The notes under the pieces are model-generated. The model did not search any database. It had not been told where the DNA came from and was given only the letters and a program-made list of their open reading frames with translations. Shown in pieces: positions 20,188 to 30,842 of a DNA stretch of 32,885 nucleotides (positions are counted from its first letter, which is position 1; every line of letters begins with the position of its first letter). The DNA comes from a virus. Lineage: Duplodnaviria; Caudoviricetes. Made by a program: the position numbers and the translations under genes. The DNA is taken from the IMG/VR virus record IMGVR_UViG_3300048895_000065, positions 1-32,885 of that record, one strand, 5' to 3'.

Positions 20188-20543
20188 CAGCTGTACTTGA
20201 GCACTTTCCAGTCGTAGTTCCTGACCGACCCCGTCGTCTGCTGCAACGTGGCGCGCAACGACCCGGCGTCGGTGAGCTCGTTCGAAATAGGCACCGAAAT
20301 AGCGATCCGCGGATAGGTGTTGTCGCCGCCTTGCGCGTCGATGTAGTTCTGGAAGTAGACGGTTCGCCTTGTGCCGCCGGTCAGGATGATCTGGTACCAG
20401 CGCAGCAGAAGCGTGTCACCCGACGCCATGTTGACGAGGTCGACGTGCAGCGTGAATGTGCCCGCGACGGCGATGTCGAGCAGCGTGTGTTCGGTGCCGA
20501 TCACGGAAGTCTGGGTGCCGGTGCCCTGGGCGGTAACAGCCAT
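20187..20543 (-). CDS. hypothetical beta-rich virion protein
   Basis: 118 aa, Thr-rich, immediately after the collagen gene. Confidence 0.65.
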   Translation of the reverse strand: MAVTAQGTGTQTSVIGTEHTLLDIAVAGTFTLHVDLVNMASGDTLLLRWYQIILTGGTRRTVYFQNYIDAQGGDNTYPRIAISVPISNELTDAGSLRATLQQTTGSVRNYDWKVLKYS

Positions 20544-20547
20544 TTGC

Positions 20548-22560
<2,013 letters not shown>

Positions 22561-22564
22561 ACTC

Positions 22565-23188
22565 TTACGTCTCGGTTACTTCCGCCGACGTGACCTCATG
22601 CGTCAATGGATCCCGCTCGAACGTCACCGTCTTCGTCCGCTCCGGCAACACCACGTTCACGTCGGCGGGCTGCACCGTGATCTGCGCGGCCGGGACGTTC
22701 ACGTTCGGAGCCTCGACCGTGATCGCGGGCTGCTCGACAGTGATCATCGGGGACAACGTCACAGGTGTCGGTTCAACCGTGATCGCTGGTGTGTGGACGT
22801 TGATGACGGGGTCTTTCGCGCCGATCGCTTCCAACGCGGCCACCAGAGCCTGCCTGTCCTGTGCCGCCTCTTGGCGGGCTATCGACTGAGACTCAGCCAT
22901 CGACGCCACCAACGATTTTTCCTGCTGATCCCGCGCCAACAGAGCGAGGATCTCGGCCATCACCGGAGACGTCGGCGGCACAGCAGCGACGACCGGCTCG
23001 AGAACCTCGTCGGGTTGCGCGTCGAGCTCGGCGTACATCGAAGCCACCCTCGCTTCGTTCGCGTACAGGGCGCGCTGATGCTTGATCGCGGACGCACGGT
23101 CGGGATGGCAGCCGCCGGGAACCGGATCAGCAGCGCCCTGCTTCACCACGCACCACTTGCCGTCCCTATTTTGCAACGACCAAGGCAT
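22565..23188 (-). CDS. head-associated hypothetical protein with P-x-I-T-V repeats
   Basis: AGGAGG RBS; N-terminal WCVVK...GCH...[10 protein letters not shown] module; C-terminal PAITVE repeats. Confidence 0.7.
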   Translation of the reverse strand: MPWSLQNRDGKWCVVKQGAADPVPGGCHPDRASAIKHQRALYANEARVASMYAELDAQPDEVLEPVVAAVPPTSPVMAEILALLARDQQEKSLVASMAESQSIARQEAAQDRQALVAALEAIGAKDPVINVHTPAITVEPTPVTLSPMITVEQPAITVEAPNVNVPAAQITVQPADVNVVLPERTKTVTFERDPLTHEVTSAEVTET

Positions 23189-24947
23189 CTTGACCCTCCT
23201 TCAACTTCTCTATGGTTGCCACAAACCCTGACGGCAACTCTGGCATCTGCGGCTCGAACAACGTGCGGGCGGCGTACAGCTCGAGCATCTGCTTCAGCTT
23301 CGTCGCCTGCATCACCGGAACACCCCACTCAACAAGGAGCGCGCGGAAGCCGTCAGCGCCATCCTTCACCAAAGCAGCCGGATCATGGGTGTATTCGGAC
23401 TGGCCGATCACGGACGCAACCATCGACTTCTCAGAGCCGTTGCCGCAATCCTTGCACTTCAACTGTATCCGTGCGCCGGCGAGCTCGCGGCAGCGATGCA
23501 ACCCCATCTGCGCCGCACCAGCCACCAACGACGCCGACACCGACTCTCTCCTCGAAACACCGCTGTTGGTTCCCGGCTTCGGTGGCCCGTCTGAGGGGTT
23601 GGTTCCGATCTTCGCCTGCGCCGTCGGACCTGCCAATGGAGGCCCTCCTGGCCCTGTTTCGGTGAGGCGCTCAGTGGCGGGAGCACCGATGATCTGCGGA
23701 TCCCGCAGCTTGATCGCCAACCACTCGTCCTTCTCCTCACCCACCATCGCGTCCTTCTCGCCCCAACCCAACGCCATCCGCGTCGACTCGCCCGACAGAA
23801 GACCCGCGGCGTTCGCTTTGAGGGCATCTTCGGTGCGGTCTGGGCTGATGACGACCTGGGAGTCATCGAAACCGATCACGACGTTCTCCCAATCCGGATA
23901 GTCCTCGTCACGTAACGCAGGCCTCAAATACGCGTCCGAAAGAGCCGTCGCGAACTGCTCCGCCTTGTTGAACCCGAACATCCGCCACCGATCCAACTGC
24001 ACCTGACGTCCCGTCCAGTGGTTCGCGTTCGTGTAGCCCAACAGATCCTCCGGCGACATGTCGAGCGAAAGAGCCAGACGTTCGATCGCTTCCTTGCGGA
24101 GATCCCGCTCCATGTAATCCGTTGCCGGATCATGCGTCTTCATCCACTGAAGCTGATCCAAATACTCATAGTCCCCCTCGACCAGGAACGGGATCCTCGC
24201 TTCGACGGAGCCGGGGTTGTCGATTTGGGCGGCGACGTGTTCCATCCAGTCGGCCAGCCACGGGTTCTGCTCCGGATCCTCATCCATCCCCGCACTGAGA
24301 GGATTCGGTGAGAGCTGGGTAGGGATCTTGATGATCCCGTTCGTCAGACGCGTCAACGCCGTCGCGCGAACACCAAGCGTCAGGATCAACAGTTCCTCGC
24401 AGATGTCCTGCACGGCCCTCATCGGTGCGTCGGCCTGATCAGACCAGCGCGGTGACGGGGTCCAGAAGCGGTAGGCGACACCGACCTCGTCCGTCTCTTC
24501 CTGCTCCCAGTTCACCCGCACATACACACCGTCACCCAAAGGCTTAACTTCGTCTTTCCAGAGGAACTTCCACTTCGTGCCGTCCGCATAGCCGAACAGA
24601 ACACCCTCGCCGGTCAGGAACTGCAAGCGGCCGTAGTCGAACAGGAACTGCGACCGACCGCCGCCCGGGTCTTGCACCTGATTCAGGATGTCCACCGGAG
24701 GGCCACTGGTGATCCGTTCCAACGTTTGGTCCTCGAGCTGCTTCGCCGGGTAGAAGATGACCCTGGATATTTGGCGGGCGAGGAATTTGGAGGTGAAGTT
24801 GATCTCCCCGATCGTGTCGTAGTACGACATCGACCGGTACTGCCACGGTTGCGAGAGACGCTTCGAGTACGCCGTTTGTGGGGCCGTCAGTTTGACGGCA
24901 GACGCAGTTAGCGCCCTACCGGTCGAGCGCCTTTCGGGGAGAGCCAC
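23166..24947 (-). CDS. portal protein
   Basis: 593 aa; WQ....YYD.IGE, WTPSPR...AD.P, R.EAI.RLAL.LD..PE.LLG...NHW motifs of actinophage portals. Confidence 0.88.
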   Translation of the reverse strand: MALPERRSTGRALTASAVKLTAPQTAYSKRLSQPWQYRSMSYYDTIGEINFTSKFLARQISRVIFYPAKQLEDQTLERITSGPPVDILNQVQDPGGGRSQFLFDYGRLQFLTGEGVLFGYADGTKWKFLWKDEVKPLGDGVYVRVNWEQEETDEVGVAYRFWTPSPRWSDQADAPMRAVQDICEELLILTLGVRATALTRLTNGIIKIPTQLSPNPLSAGMDEDPEQNPWLADWMEHVAAQIDNPGSVEARIPFLVEGDYEYLDQLQWMKTHDPATDYMERDLRKEAIERLALSLDMSPEDLLGYTNANHWTGRQVQLDRWRMFGFNKAEQFATALSDAYLRPALRDEDYPDWENVVIGFDDSQVVISPDRTEDALKANAAGLLSGESTRMALGWGEKDAMVGEEKDEWLAIKLRDPQIIGAPATERLTETGPGGPPLAGPTAQAKIGTNPSDGPPKPGTNSGVSRRESVSASLVAGAAQMGLHRCRELAGARIQLKCKDCGNGSEKSMVASVIGQSEYTHDPAALVKDGADGFRALLVEWGVPVMQATKLKQMLELYAARTLFEPQMPELPSGFVATIEKLKEGQDALVVAK

Positions 24948-24953
24948 GCTTGG

Positions 24954-24998
24954 CTACTGACCCGGAACGGGCTTCTTCGGCTTACGGCAACCGCACAT
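24954..24998 (-). CDS. 14-aa micropeptide MCGCRKPKKPVPGQ
   Basis: Strong AGGAAAGGTG RBS; ends 6 nt before the portal start. Confidence 0.5.
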   Translation of the reverse strand: MCGCRKPKKPVPGQ

Positions 24999-25044
24999 GT
25001 GCCCACCTTTCCTAACGCGATGACTAGTCGCGCGGGAGCGTACA

Positions 25045-25680
25045 TCATCTGGTGGACAACACGTACTTGACGCCACGGCGGACGCGCGACATGTGCGACT
25101 CGGAAATCCCGTACATGGCGGCAAGTTCCTTGTTAGTGAACAACCCTTTCGGAACCGAACGAATCTCCATCACTTGCTTCTCGGTCAACTTCGTCCCCGA
25201 TCCGCGTTGAAGATTCTTCGCATGAGTCACGGGTTCAAGATGATCCGGGCGCATGCACTTCGTCTGTCGGCACAGATGGTCTAGGTGGAGTCCAGCAGGG
25301 ATCGGCCCGACTTCCTGCTCGTACATCGCGCGGTGGGCATACTGCGACCGTCCCGCAATGGTGACGCGCCCATAGCCCTTATTAGTCGTGAACCCCTTCA
25401 AGATCCAGCAGGGAGTCTGATGACCGCGATCCTCAACGAGGTAATCGTCCTCGCAGATGGGAGGACGACTCTTGGTTCGGTTGGCATGTCCAAGGATGAA
25501 CCGGAGCGGTTCGCCCCTAACCCATCCTTTGACCTTGTCTGTTTGGCGAGCCTTGGTCGTCTCCTGACCACACCCGCACTCACACAGTCCTACTCCGAAC
25601 TGAGAAGTCTCTGTGCTGCTATCACGCCCGCGTTCAACGCGAAGGGCATGCACACTACGAGAGTCGCCTCCGGAAGCCAT
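25045..25680 (-). CDS. HNH endonuclease with C-terminal HTH (start uncertain)
   Basis: CECGCG, CW...GYG, AHR..YE, LDHLCR...C.RPDHLEPVTH..N, and an LAAMYGISESHMSRV helix-turn-helix. Confidence 0.85.
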   Translation of the reverse strand: MASGGDSRSVHALRVERGRDSSTETSQFGVGLCECGCGQETTKARQTDKVKGWVRGEPLRFILGHANRTKSRPPICEDDYLVEDRGHQTPCWILKGFTTNKGYGRVTIAGRSQYAHRAMYEQEVGPIPAGLHLDHLCRQTKCMRPDHLEPVTHAKNLQRGSGTKLTEKQVMEIRSVPKGLFTNKELAAMYGISESHMSRVRRGVKYVLSTR

Positions 25681-25922
25681 AACCAGAACAAGTATACACC
25701 GAGAGACAGGTAAAACCCACAACAATATGGGCACGTCAGGAAGTTCGCCAACCCTTCGCGGTAGTCGTCCCCGGTGGCGTCTCCTTCTTCCCTCCATTTC
25801 GGAGACAGCCGCGTTATGTAACGGCGCGGCCGGTCCAGAATGTCGTCGAACGCCAGCAGGTGGAAGGTGCGCCACGCTGCTAGCGCGAGCAGCGTGGCGG
25901 ACCACCAGTCAGGCGTTCTCAC
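25590..25922 (-). CDS. DUF1360-like membrane protein
   Basis: LALAAWR..HL...D.I...PR and LTCPYC.G.. motifs with hydrophobic helices; GTGA-coupled start. Confidence 0.7.
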   Translation of the reverse strand: MRTPDWWSATLLALAAWRTFHLLAFDDILDRPRRYITRLSPKWREEGDATGDDYREGLANFLTCPYCCGFYLSLGVYLFWLWLPEATLVVCMPFALNAGVIAAQRLLSSE

Positions 25923-26041
25923 TTCTTGCCTTTCTTCTTTTTCTTCTTCGATTCTTTCGGCTGTTCGGGCCACACGTATCCGCACGGCCATGTCTGCGCG
26001 GGAGGGTGGACGGTGATCGTCGGCTCAGGCACGTTGGGCAC
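25919..26041 (-). CDS. 40-aa peptide with poly-lysine tail
   Basis: MPNVPEPTITVHPPAQTWPCGYVWPEQPKESKKKKKKGKK*; bridges the SAP and DUF1360 genes with overlaps; not in the ORF track. Confidence 0.55.
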   Translation of the reverse strand: MPNVPEPTITVHPPAQTWPCGYVWPEQPKESKKKKKKGKK

Positions 26042-26249
26042 CGGAACCTTCGACGCCGGCTAGCCTGTCGATCAGGTCGGACTTGCTGCCGGACGTCGGA
26101 AGGCCCCGCGACTCTGCGAGCTCCTGCAACGCGGCTTTGGTCATCTGGCTCGAGGACGTAACCGCCGTCGTCGGACGGGACTCGCCGTCGCCTCCGAGGC
26201 CGCGCGTCGACGGGCCCTCTGATTCGTTGCTGTACGTGACGGGCATCAT
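26025..26249 (-). CDS. SAP/HeH-domain protein
   Basis: MTKAALQELAESRGLPTSGSKSDLIDRL fits the SAP consensus; AAAGGAG RBS. Confidence 0.8.
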   Translation of the reverse strand: MMPVTYSNESEGPSTRGLGGDGESRPTTAVTSSSQMTKAALQELAESRGLPTSGSKSDLIDRLAGVEGSGAQRA

Positions 26250-26836
26250 TCGCTCCTTTGCGGTTGGACTGCCATGAAGCAGCCACGCGGGTTCTGCAAG
26301 AACACCCCTGTCATACCCAGATCACCGATCAGTTCACGCACGGTCTGGTGAACGGTGCCGTCCCGGTCGGACGTGTCATGGATCAACGCGACCGCTCCCG
26401 GTTGGGCCACCTCGCTCCAAGTCGTGATTTCTATGAAGCGGTAGTGGAAGTCGGAATCGAACACACACAGGTCGGCGGCGGCGAGCTGTTCCGCGGTCGG
26501 CATCGGGTTCGGTGAGAGTTGGGTGTTGTTGCGGAACCGCCAGAACTCCAACGGCCACATCATGTCGCGCCACTCATCATCCGACTCGAACGCAACCAAA
26601 CAGCCGTCGTTCAAAGCGGCCGCGATCGACCTCGTCATGTAGCCCTGACCAACCCCTGTTTCGATGACGAGACTAGGGTTCATCATGCGGACGAGTGTGC
26701 GGGCGAAGTCCATGACGGCGACTTCTGGGGATTGTCCGTTGTGGGCGAGCCACCCGGGTTGCGCCCACGGCGTGAACTCCTGCTCATCAACAACGAGTTG
26801 GGCCTGGTTCCAGGCGTTGTCGAGCGGCACCGTCAT
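26246..26836 (-). CDS. class I SAM-dependent (O-)methyltransferase-like protein
   Basis: VIETGVGQG, AFESD, DLCVFDSD, PGAVALIHD motifs; ATGA-coupled start. Confidence 0.75.
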   Translation of the reverse strand: MTVPLDNAWNQAQLVVDEQEFTPWAQPGWLAHNGQSPEVAVMDFARTLVRMMNPSLVIETGVGQGYMTRSIAAALNDGCLVAFESDDEWRDMMWPLEFWRFRNNTQLSPNPMPTAEQLAAADLCVFDSDFHYRFIEITTWSEVAQPGAVALIHDTSDRDGTVHQTVRELIGDLGMTGVFLQNPRGCFMAVQPQRSE

Positions 26837-27501
26837 TTCAGGTCCTCCGCCCACGGCCGCAACCCGTAGATGCGGCGTGCGCCCCACGACCGGTTGTAAT
26901 ACGGGTTCATGCGGTTCTCGTCCGTCGACACGCCGTAGATGCAGGGCTCCGCGACCCGGACCCACTTGTATCCCATCGCCGCCACCGCCGGAGACATGTA
27001 CGTGTCCTCACTGTGGCCCGGCGGAAGTTGCGTCCACGGGCGCTCGTCGTATCGCAATCCTTTGTCCCAGAGTTCGCGTCGGATGACGCAGTTGCCTCCG
27101 ACGTTCCACGGGATCGGGACGCCGCCATGTGATTCCTCGAGGTCGGTGCGGAGGCCGACCTGTCCGACCTTGGGATCTTGGAAGGCGGCGGCGAGGTGGT
27201 CGCACCAGCCGGGGTAGTAGGCCCAATCGTTGTCGGCACGGTGCAGATGGGTCGCCTCTTCGGGCGCGCGCTGCCATCCCTGATTGCAGGCATAACCGGG
27301 ATACATGTTGCGCGGCAGGAGCGTGACATGGAACATGTCCAATCCGGCGGCGTTCGCCAGCCACTTCACTGTTCCGTCCGTGGATCCGTTGTCCACGACG
27401 ACGAGGGTGAATGGAACCGTCACCGTTTCCAGATACGACTCCAACGATTTCTGGGTGGCGTACAGGCGGTCGTAGGTGATCATCACCGAATGAAGAATCA
27501 C
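26833..27501 (-). CDS. glycosyltransferase family 2
   Basis: ITYDR, VVVDNGSTDGT, ACNQG, RADND, SED motifs. Confidence 0.85.
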   Translation of the reverse strand: MILHSVMITYDRLYATQKSLESYLETVTVPFTLVVVDNGSTDGTVKWLANAAGLDMFHVTLLPRNMYPGYACNQGWQRAPEEATHLHRADNDWAYYPGWCDHLAAAFQDPKVGQVGLRTDLEESHGGVPIPWNVGGNCVIRRELWDKGLRYDERPWTQLPPGHSEDTYMSPAVAAMGYKWVRVAEPCIYGVSTDENRMNPYYNRSWGARRIYGLRPWAEDLK

Positions 27502-28052
27502 GACGCCATCCTCTCCGGAGGCTCACTGACATCAATCCCCGACAGCGCATTGTGTAAAGACAGCACCTGCGGCAGGAACACCACATTCGGATTATCTGTG
27601 AGCATGTTCTCCAACCACTCACCGTCCCCAGCGTAAAACTCAGGGATCCGGTAGCCGCCGATGAACGAACGTCGCAGACACACCTGGCCGGCGTCGACCT
27701 TGCCGACCACCATGTTCTCCGGACAAGCCTGCAACACAACCCCCGTTGTGCGCTTCTGGGTGACCACGATGGCGTCCGCGTAGGGGTTCTGCCGGTATGC
27801 CTTATATATACGTCGCAAATACGAGGGGTGCATGGTGGTGTCGTCGTCCAGGATGCAGACCCAGCCGTGTTCGATCCTGTCGAGCATGACGTTCTTCGGC
27901 TGTTGCCCGCCCACATGCTCCTTCGCGAGGTCTTCGTAGCGGTGCCACTCCACATCGACTTCGGGGGCGAGGTCGTTGGCGGCGTAGATGCTGTCCTCGA
28001 GCTGCGGGAGGTTGTCGGGGCGGCTGACGGCGGTCAGGATGTTGATCAGCAC
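27498..28052 (-). CDS. GT-A-fold glycosyltransferase-like protein
   Basis: ILTAVSR, WVCILDDD, VDAGQ, GDG motifs. Confidence 0.7.
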   Translation of the reverse strand: MLINILTAVSRPDNLPQLEDSIYAANDLAPEVDVEWHRYEDLAKEHVGGQQPKNVMLDRIEHGWVCILDDDTTMHPSYLRRIYKAYRQNPYADAIVVTQKRTTGVVLQACPENMVVGKVDAGQVCLRRSFIGGYRIPEFYAGDGEWLENMLTDNPNVVFLPQVLSLHNALSGIDVSEPPERMAS

Positions 28053-28630
28053 AGCACGACACCTATCCCTCCCCACTCCGCGTCCCGGTCAGCGACGATC
28101 TCGAACGTCAGATGGTCTTTCTTGATCTCTTCCCACAGACGGCCGACCTCGATCGACGGCCAAGCCGGATGCGTCAGGATGTCGTGGAGGCAGATCATGC
28201 CGCCGCTCTTGACCATCGGCCGGTAGTTCTCCCAGTCGGTCTTGACCTCTTTGTAGTAGTGGCCTGCGTCGATGAACACGAAGTCGTAGGGGCCGAGGCT
28301 TCCGATCTTGCTGATGATCCAGCGGTCAGCCGAGTCGCCCTCGAGGACGTGGAGCACCGTGTCATTCGCGTTCCAGCCGTCGTACAGTTCGCGGTTGTCG
28401 ACGCCGACCGCATACGAGTCCACCGTCACGATGCTCGCTCCAGGTCGCGCGGTGTTCTGCAACCAGTGGTACAGGGTGCCGCCGTGGTAGGTGCCGACCT
28501 CCAACACGTTTGACGGTTCGAGGAGGCGGTACAAGTTGAGCAGCACCTCGAACTCACGCTCCCATTGCAAGATCGGCACGGGCGCTGGGGGGCCGCATCC
28601 GGGCTGCTGCTCGACCATCGTTACTGCCAC
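28046..28630 (-). CDS. class I SAM-dependent methyltransferase (Methyltransf_24-like)
   Basis: VLEVGTYHGG, GDS, DFVFIDAGHYY..V..D, GG.I.LHD motifs. Confidence 0.85.
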   Translation of the reverse strand: MAVTMVEQQPGCGPPAPVPILQWEREFEVLLNLYRLLEPSNVLEVGTYHGGTLYHWLQNTARPGASIVTVDSYAVGVDNRELYDGWNANDTVLHVLEGDSADRWIISKIGSLGPYDFVFIDAGHYYKEVKTDWENYRPMVKSGGMICLHDILTHPAWPSIEVGRLWEEIKKDHLTFEIVADRDAEWGGIGVVLC

Positions 28631-29283
28631 AGTCTGCTCCTTTGTCTGAACAACCGGCCGTCCCTGCCGAACTGTCTCATCCCCAAACGGTAGGTGGCGT
28701 CAGGAGGGGCGGAAGAGAACGCAGGGTGCAGATGCTCAAGAACCGCGCGCCGGCAGAACGCCCATTCCTTCCGCCAAATCGCCGTAGCCGCCAACTCGCG
28801 GTCGGGGTAGTTGTGGTCGTACCCCTCATACATGATCGACCCAGGACCGTCCACAGTCCCCAACTCGTCAGCATACGAACGATGCACCGCCGGGTGCGGC
28901 GAGTAGATCCCAGCCACATCAGCACGCGGGTTCATGTCGGACGTGCCGATCACCCTGGCACCGGTCAGCTCGGCTTTCAGGAGGATGTGGGTGTCCCATT
29001 TCGGGTGGAAGTGAACATCATCGCCGCAGCACACGATCCAGTCCTCCGTCGTGTTGCGGTAGCCCAAATTGATCTTGGACGCCCAATCACCCATCCGCCG
29101 CCTGCTCTCGGTGACGAGGTGATCGACGCCTGCGTACTCGAGAGCCGCGAGCTCCTCCCGGTCCTCCGGGGACGCGACGAACAGGATGCGTGCTTTCGCG
29201 CCTGACTCCTCGAGCGACCGAACTAATGGCTCGACGCGGTGGGGGCGTTTGTATACCGGGACGACGATGACCAGGCTAGGCAA
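28621..29283 (-). CDS. glycosyltransferase family 2
   Basis: IVVPVYKR, KINLGY, CGDDV.F, Y.D.E, EHLHP motifs; TTG start overlapping the upstream stop region. Confidence 0.8.
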   Translation of the reverse strand: MPSLVIVVPVYKRPHRVEPLVRSLEESGAKARILFVASPEDREELAALEYAGVDHLVTESRRRMGDWASKINLGYRNTTEDWIVCCGDDVHFHPKWDTHILLKAELTGARVIGTSDMNPRADVAGIYSPHPAVHRSYADELGTVDGPGSIMYEGYDHNYPDRELAATAIWRKEWAFCRRAVLEHLHPAFSSAPPDATYRLGMRQFGRDGRLFRQRSRLWQ

Positions 29284-29953
29284 CGGGTGCTCCGATGTGC
29301 GCGAGAAGCTGCGACCCGATGAACTCTGTGTAGGCCGGCGGGATCGCTTCGGACAGCTCACGGCGGGTCATCCAGTCGATCCCCATCGCCGTCTGTGCCT
29401 CCTCGAGGTTGCGAGGCTTCCGCGAGTTGCCGCCTGCACCGTCGAGGCGATCGTAGATGCGTCTCGAGCCCGTGCCTGTGACGTCGATCGGCGCTGGGAA
29501 CTCCCGGTGGGAGCAGGGGGGCACCATCCCGACATCCCAGTTCGTCTCGAACAGCCGGTGCCGCCAAACGTTCAGCCCGAACGACGAGCCGCACAGTTTG
29601 AACGGCTGGATCAGGGGTGCGCCCGCCACGTTCTCGATCACATAGGGCTTACCGGTTTCGAGGAGCAGGTCGCGGACGGGCCCTACGAGGTCTGGGTATG
29701 AGGTATCGTGCAAAGATTTCGTTGTGGAGTACGCCTGGCAGGGAGGCGAGGCGTGGATGGCGTCGAAGTCGCTGATGCCGCCGAGGATCCAGAATCCTTC
29801 CCAGAACACCCTCATCACGTCCGCCCTCACGAACGTGAACGGATAGTTGGGCTGCGGGTTGATGTCGACACCGACCACGTCGAAGCCCGCGCGGTGGTAG
29901 CCCTCGCCCGCGCCGCCGGCACCGCAGAACAGGTCAAGCAGTCGTGGCCGCAT
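29276..29953 (-). CDS. DNA cytosine-C5 methyltransferase
   Basis: DLFCGAGG (motif I), ASPPCQ (IV), ENV (VI), RHRLFE (VIII), AIPPAY (X-like). Confidence 0.85.
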   Translation of the reverse strand: MRPRLLDLFCGAGGAGEGYHRAGFDVVGVDINPQPNYPFTFVRADVMRVFWEGFWILGGISDFDAIHASPPCQAYSTTKSLHDTSYPDLVGPVRDLLLETGKPYVIENVAGAPLIQPFKLCGSSFGLNVWRHRLFETNWDVGMVPPCSHREFPAPIDVTGTGSRRIYDRLDGAGGNSRKPRNLEEAQTAMGIDWMTRRELSEAIPPAYTEFIGSQLLAHIGAPVA

Positions 29954-30572
29954 ATGCCGCCTCCCATTCGTCAAGTTCTTGTGCGACCCGCCGATGGGCT
30001 GCGACCTGTGCTTTTTTGTCGCGCCACATTTGGCGGTGCATCGACTGTGGGTTCGCCCAGTACCGGTAGACGGCGTCGGGCACCTTCACGACCTCAGCGC
30101 CCACACGCGCGCACTTGCTCCAAAGACCCCAATCTTCCAAGCCGTGTTCGGCTTCGGGGAACCCGCCGACCTCCCAGAACAGATCCCGATGCACGACCGT
30201 GCCGATGACCAACCAGTTCGCCTGCCTCAGTGGCACCTCCCGGAAGAAAGAGGGTGGGCCGGGGGTCCGTCCTTGGCGGACGGTCTGGACAGCGGGCGTG
30301 AACAGGGTTCGCGCGTTGTCGGCGCGTTCGATCGCGGCTTCCATCGCCCCGATGTAGCCGGGGGCGAGTTCGTCGTCGGCGTCCAGATAAATGAGCCAGT
30401 CATAGTCGCCTCCGTAGGCGGCGGCTGCGTTACGTGACGACGAGATCGTTCCGTCTGGTTCGTGGATCGGGATGATCTCAACGTTCAAAGGGACAGACGG
30501 AAGCGCACGCTCATTAGCGAGACGCGCCCACTTCAAGTCTCCATAGGTGGAGACACAGACGCGGATGCTCAT
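29934..30572 (-). CDS. glycosyltransferase family 2
   Basis: SRNAAA, WLIYLDADD, VGGF, EDW.LW motifs. Confidence 0.85.
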   Translation of the reverse strand: MSIRVCVSTYGDLKWARLANERALPSVPLNVEIIPIHEPDGTISSSRNAAAAYGGDYDWLIYLDADDELAPGYIGAMEAAIERADNARTLFTPAVQTVRQGRTPGPPSFFREVPLRQANWLVIGTVVHRDLFWEVGGFPEAEHGLEDWGLWSKCARVGAEVVKVPDAVYRYWANPQSMHRQMWRDKKAQVAAHRRVAQELDEWEAAYAATTA

Positions 30573-30826
30573 ACGTGTTCTTCGCGGACGGCGATCTCGT
30601 CGCGGTAGAACCCCAGCGACTGCACCAGCCGCTCGCGGATCTCGTCGTGCGCCTCAGGCATGTCCAGTGTGATGAGGAATTGTTCCATGAGGTCGCGGCA
30701 GATCCGCTGATACGCCAGCTCGACGGCGTCCCGGTCGGCGGCGAGGTCTTCGATGGTTTGGCGTTGGTTGCCGATGACTTCGGCTGCCATCCACAACAGT
30801 CGGGCGGATCGGAGGAGTTCTCTCAT
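30569..30826 (-). CDS. hypothetical helical protein
   Basis: 85 aa MRELLRSARLLW...; ATGA-coupled to the downstream glycosyltransferase. Confidence 0.6.
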   Translation of the reverse strand: MRELLRSARLLWMAAEVIGNQRQTIEDLAADRDAVELAYQRICRDLMEQFLITLDMPEAHDEIRERLVQSLGFYRDEIAVREEHV

Positions 30827-30833
30827 CCGCGAG

Positions 30834-30842
30834 ATGCTATCA
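30834..30842 (-). promoter_or_regulatory. putative extended -10 promoter for a leaderless transcript
   Basis: TGaTAGCAT, then 7 nt, then the ATG at 30826, with no Shine-Dalgarno. Confidence 0.45.
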
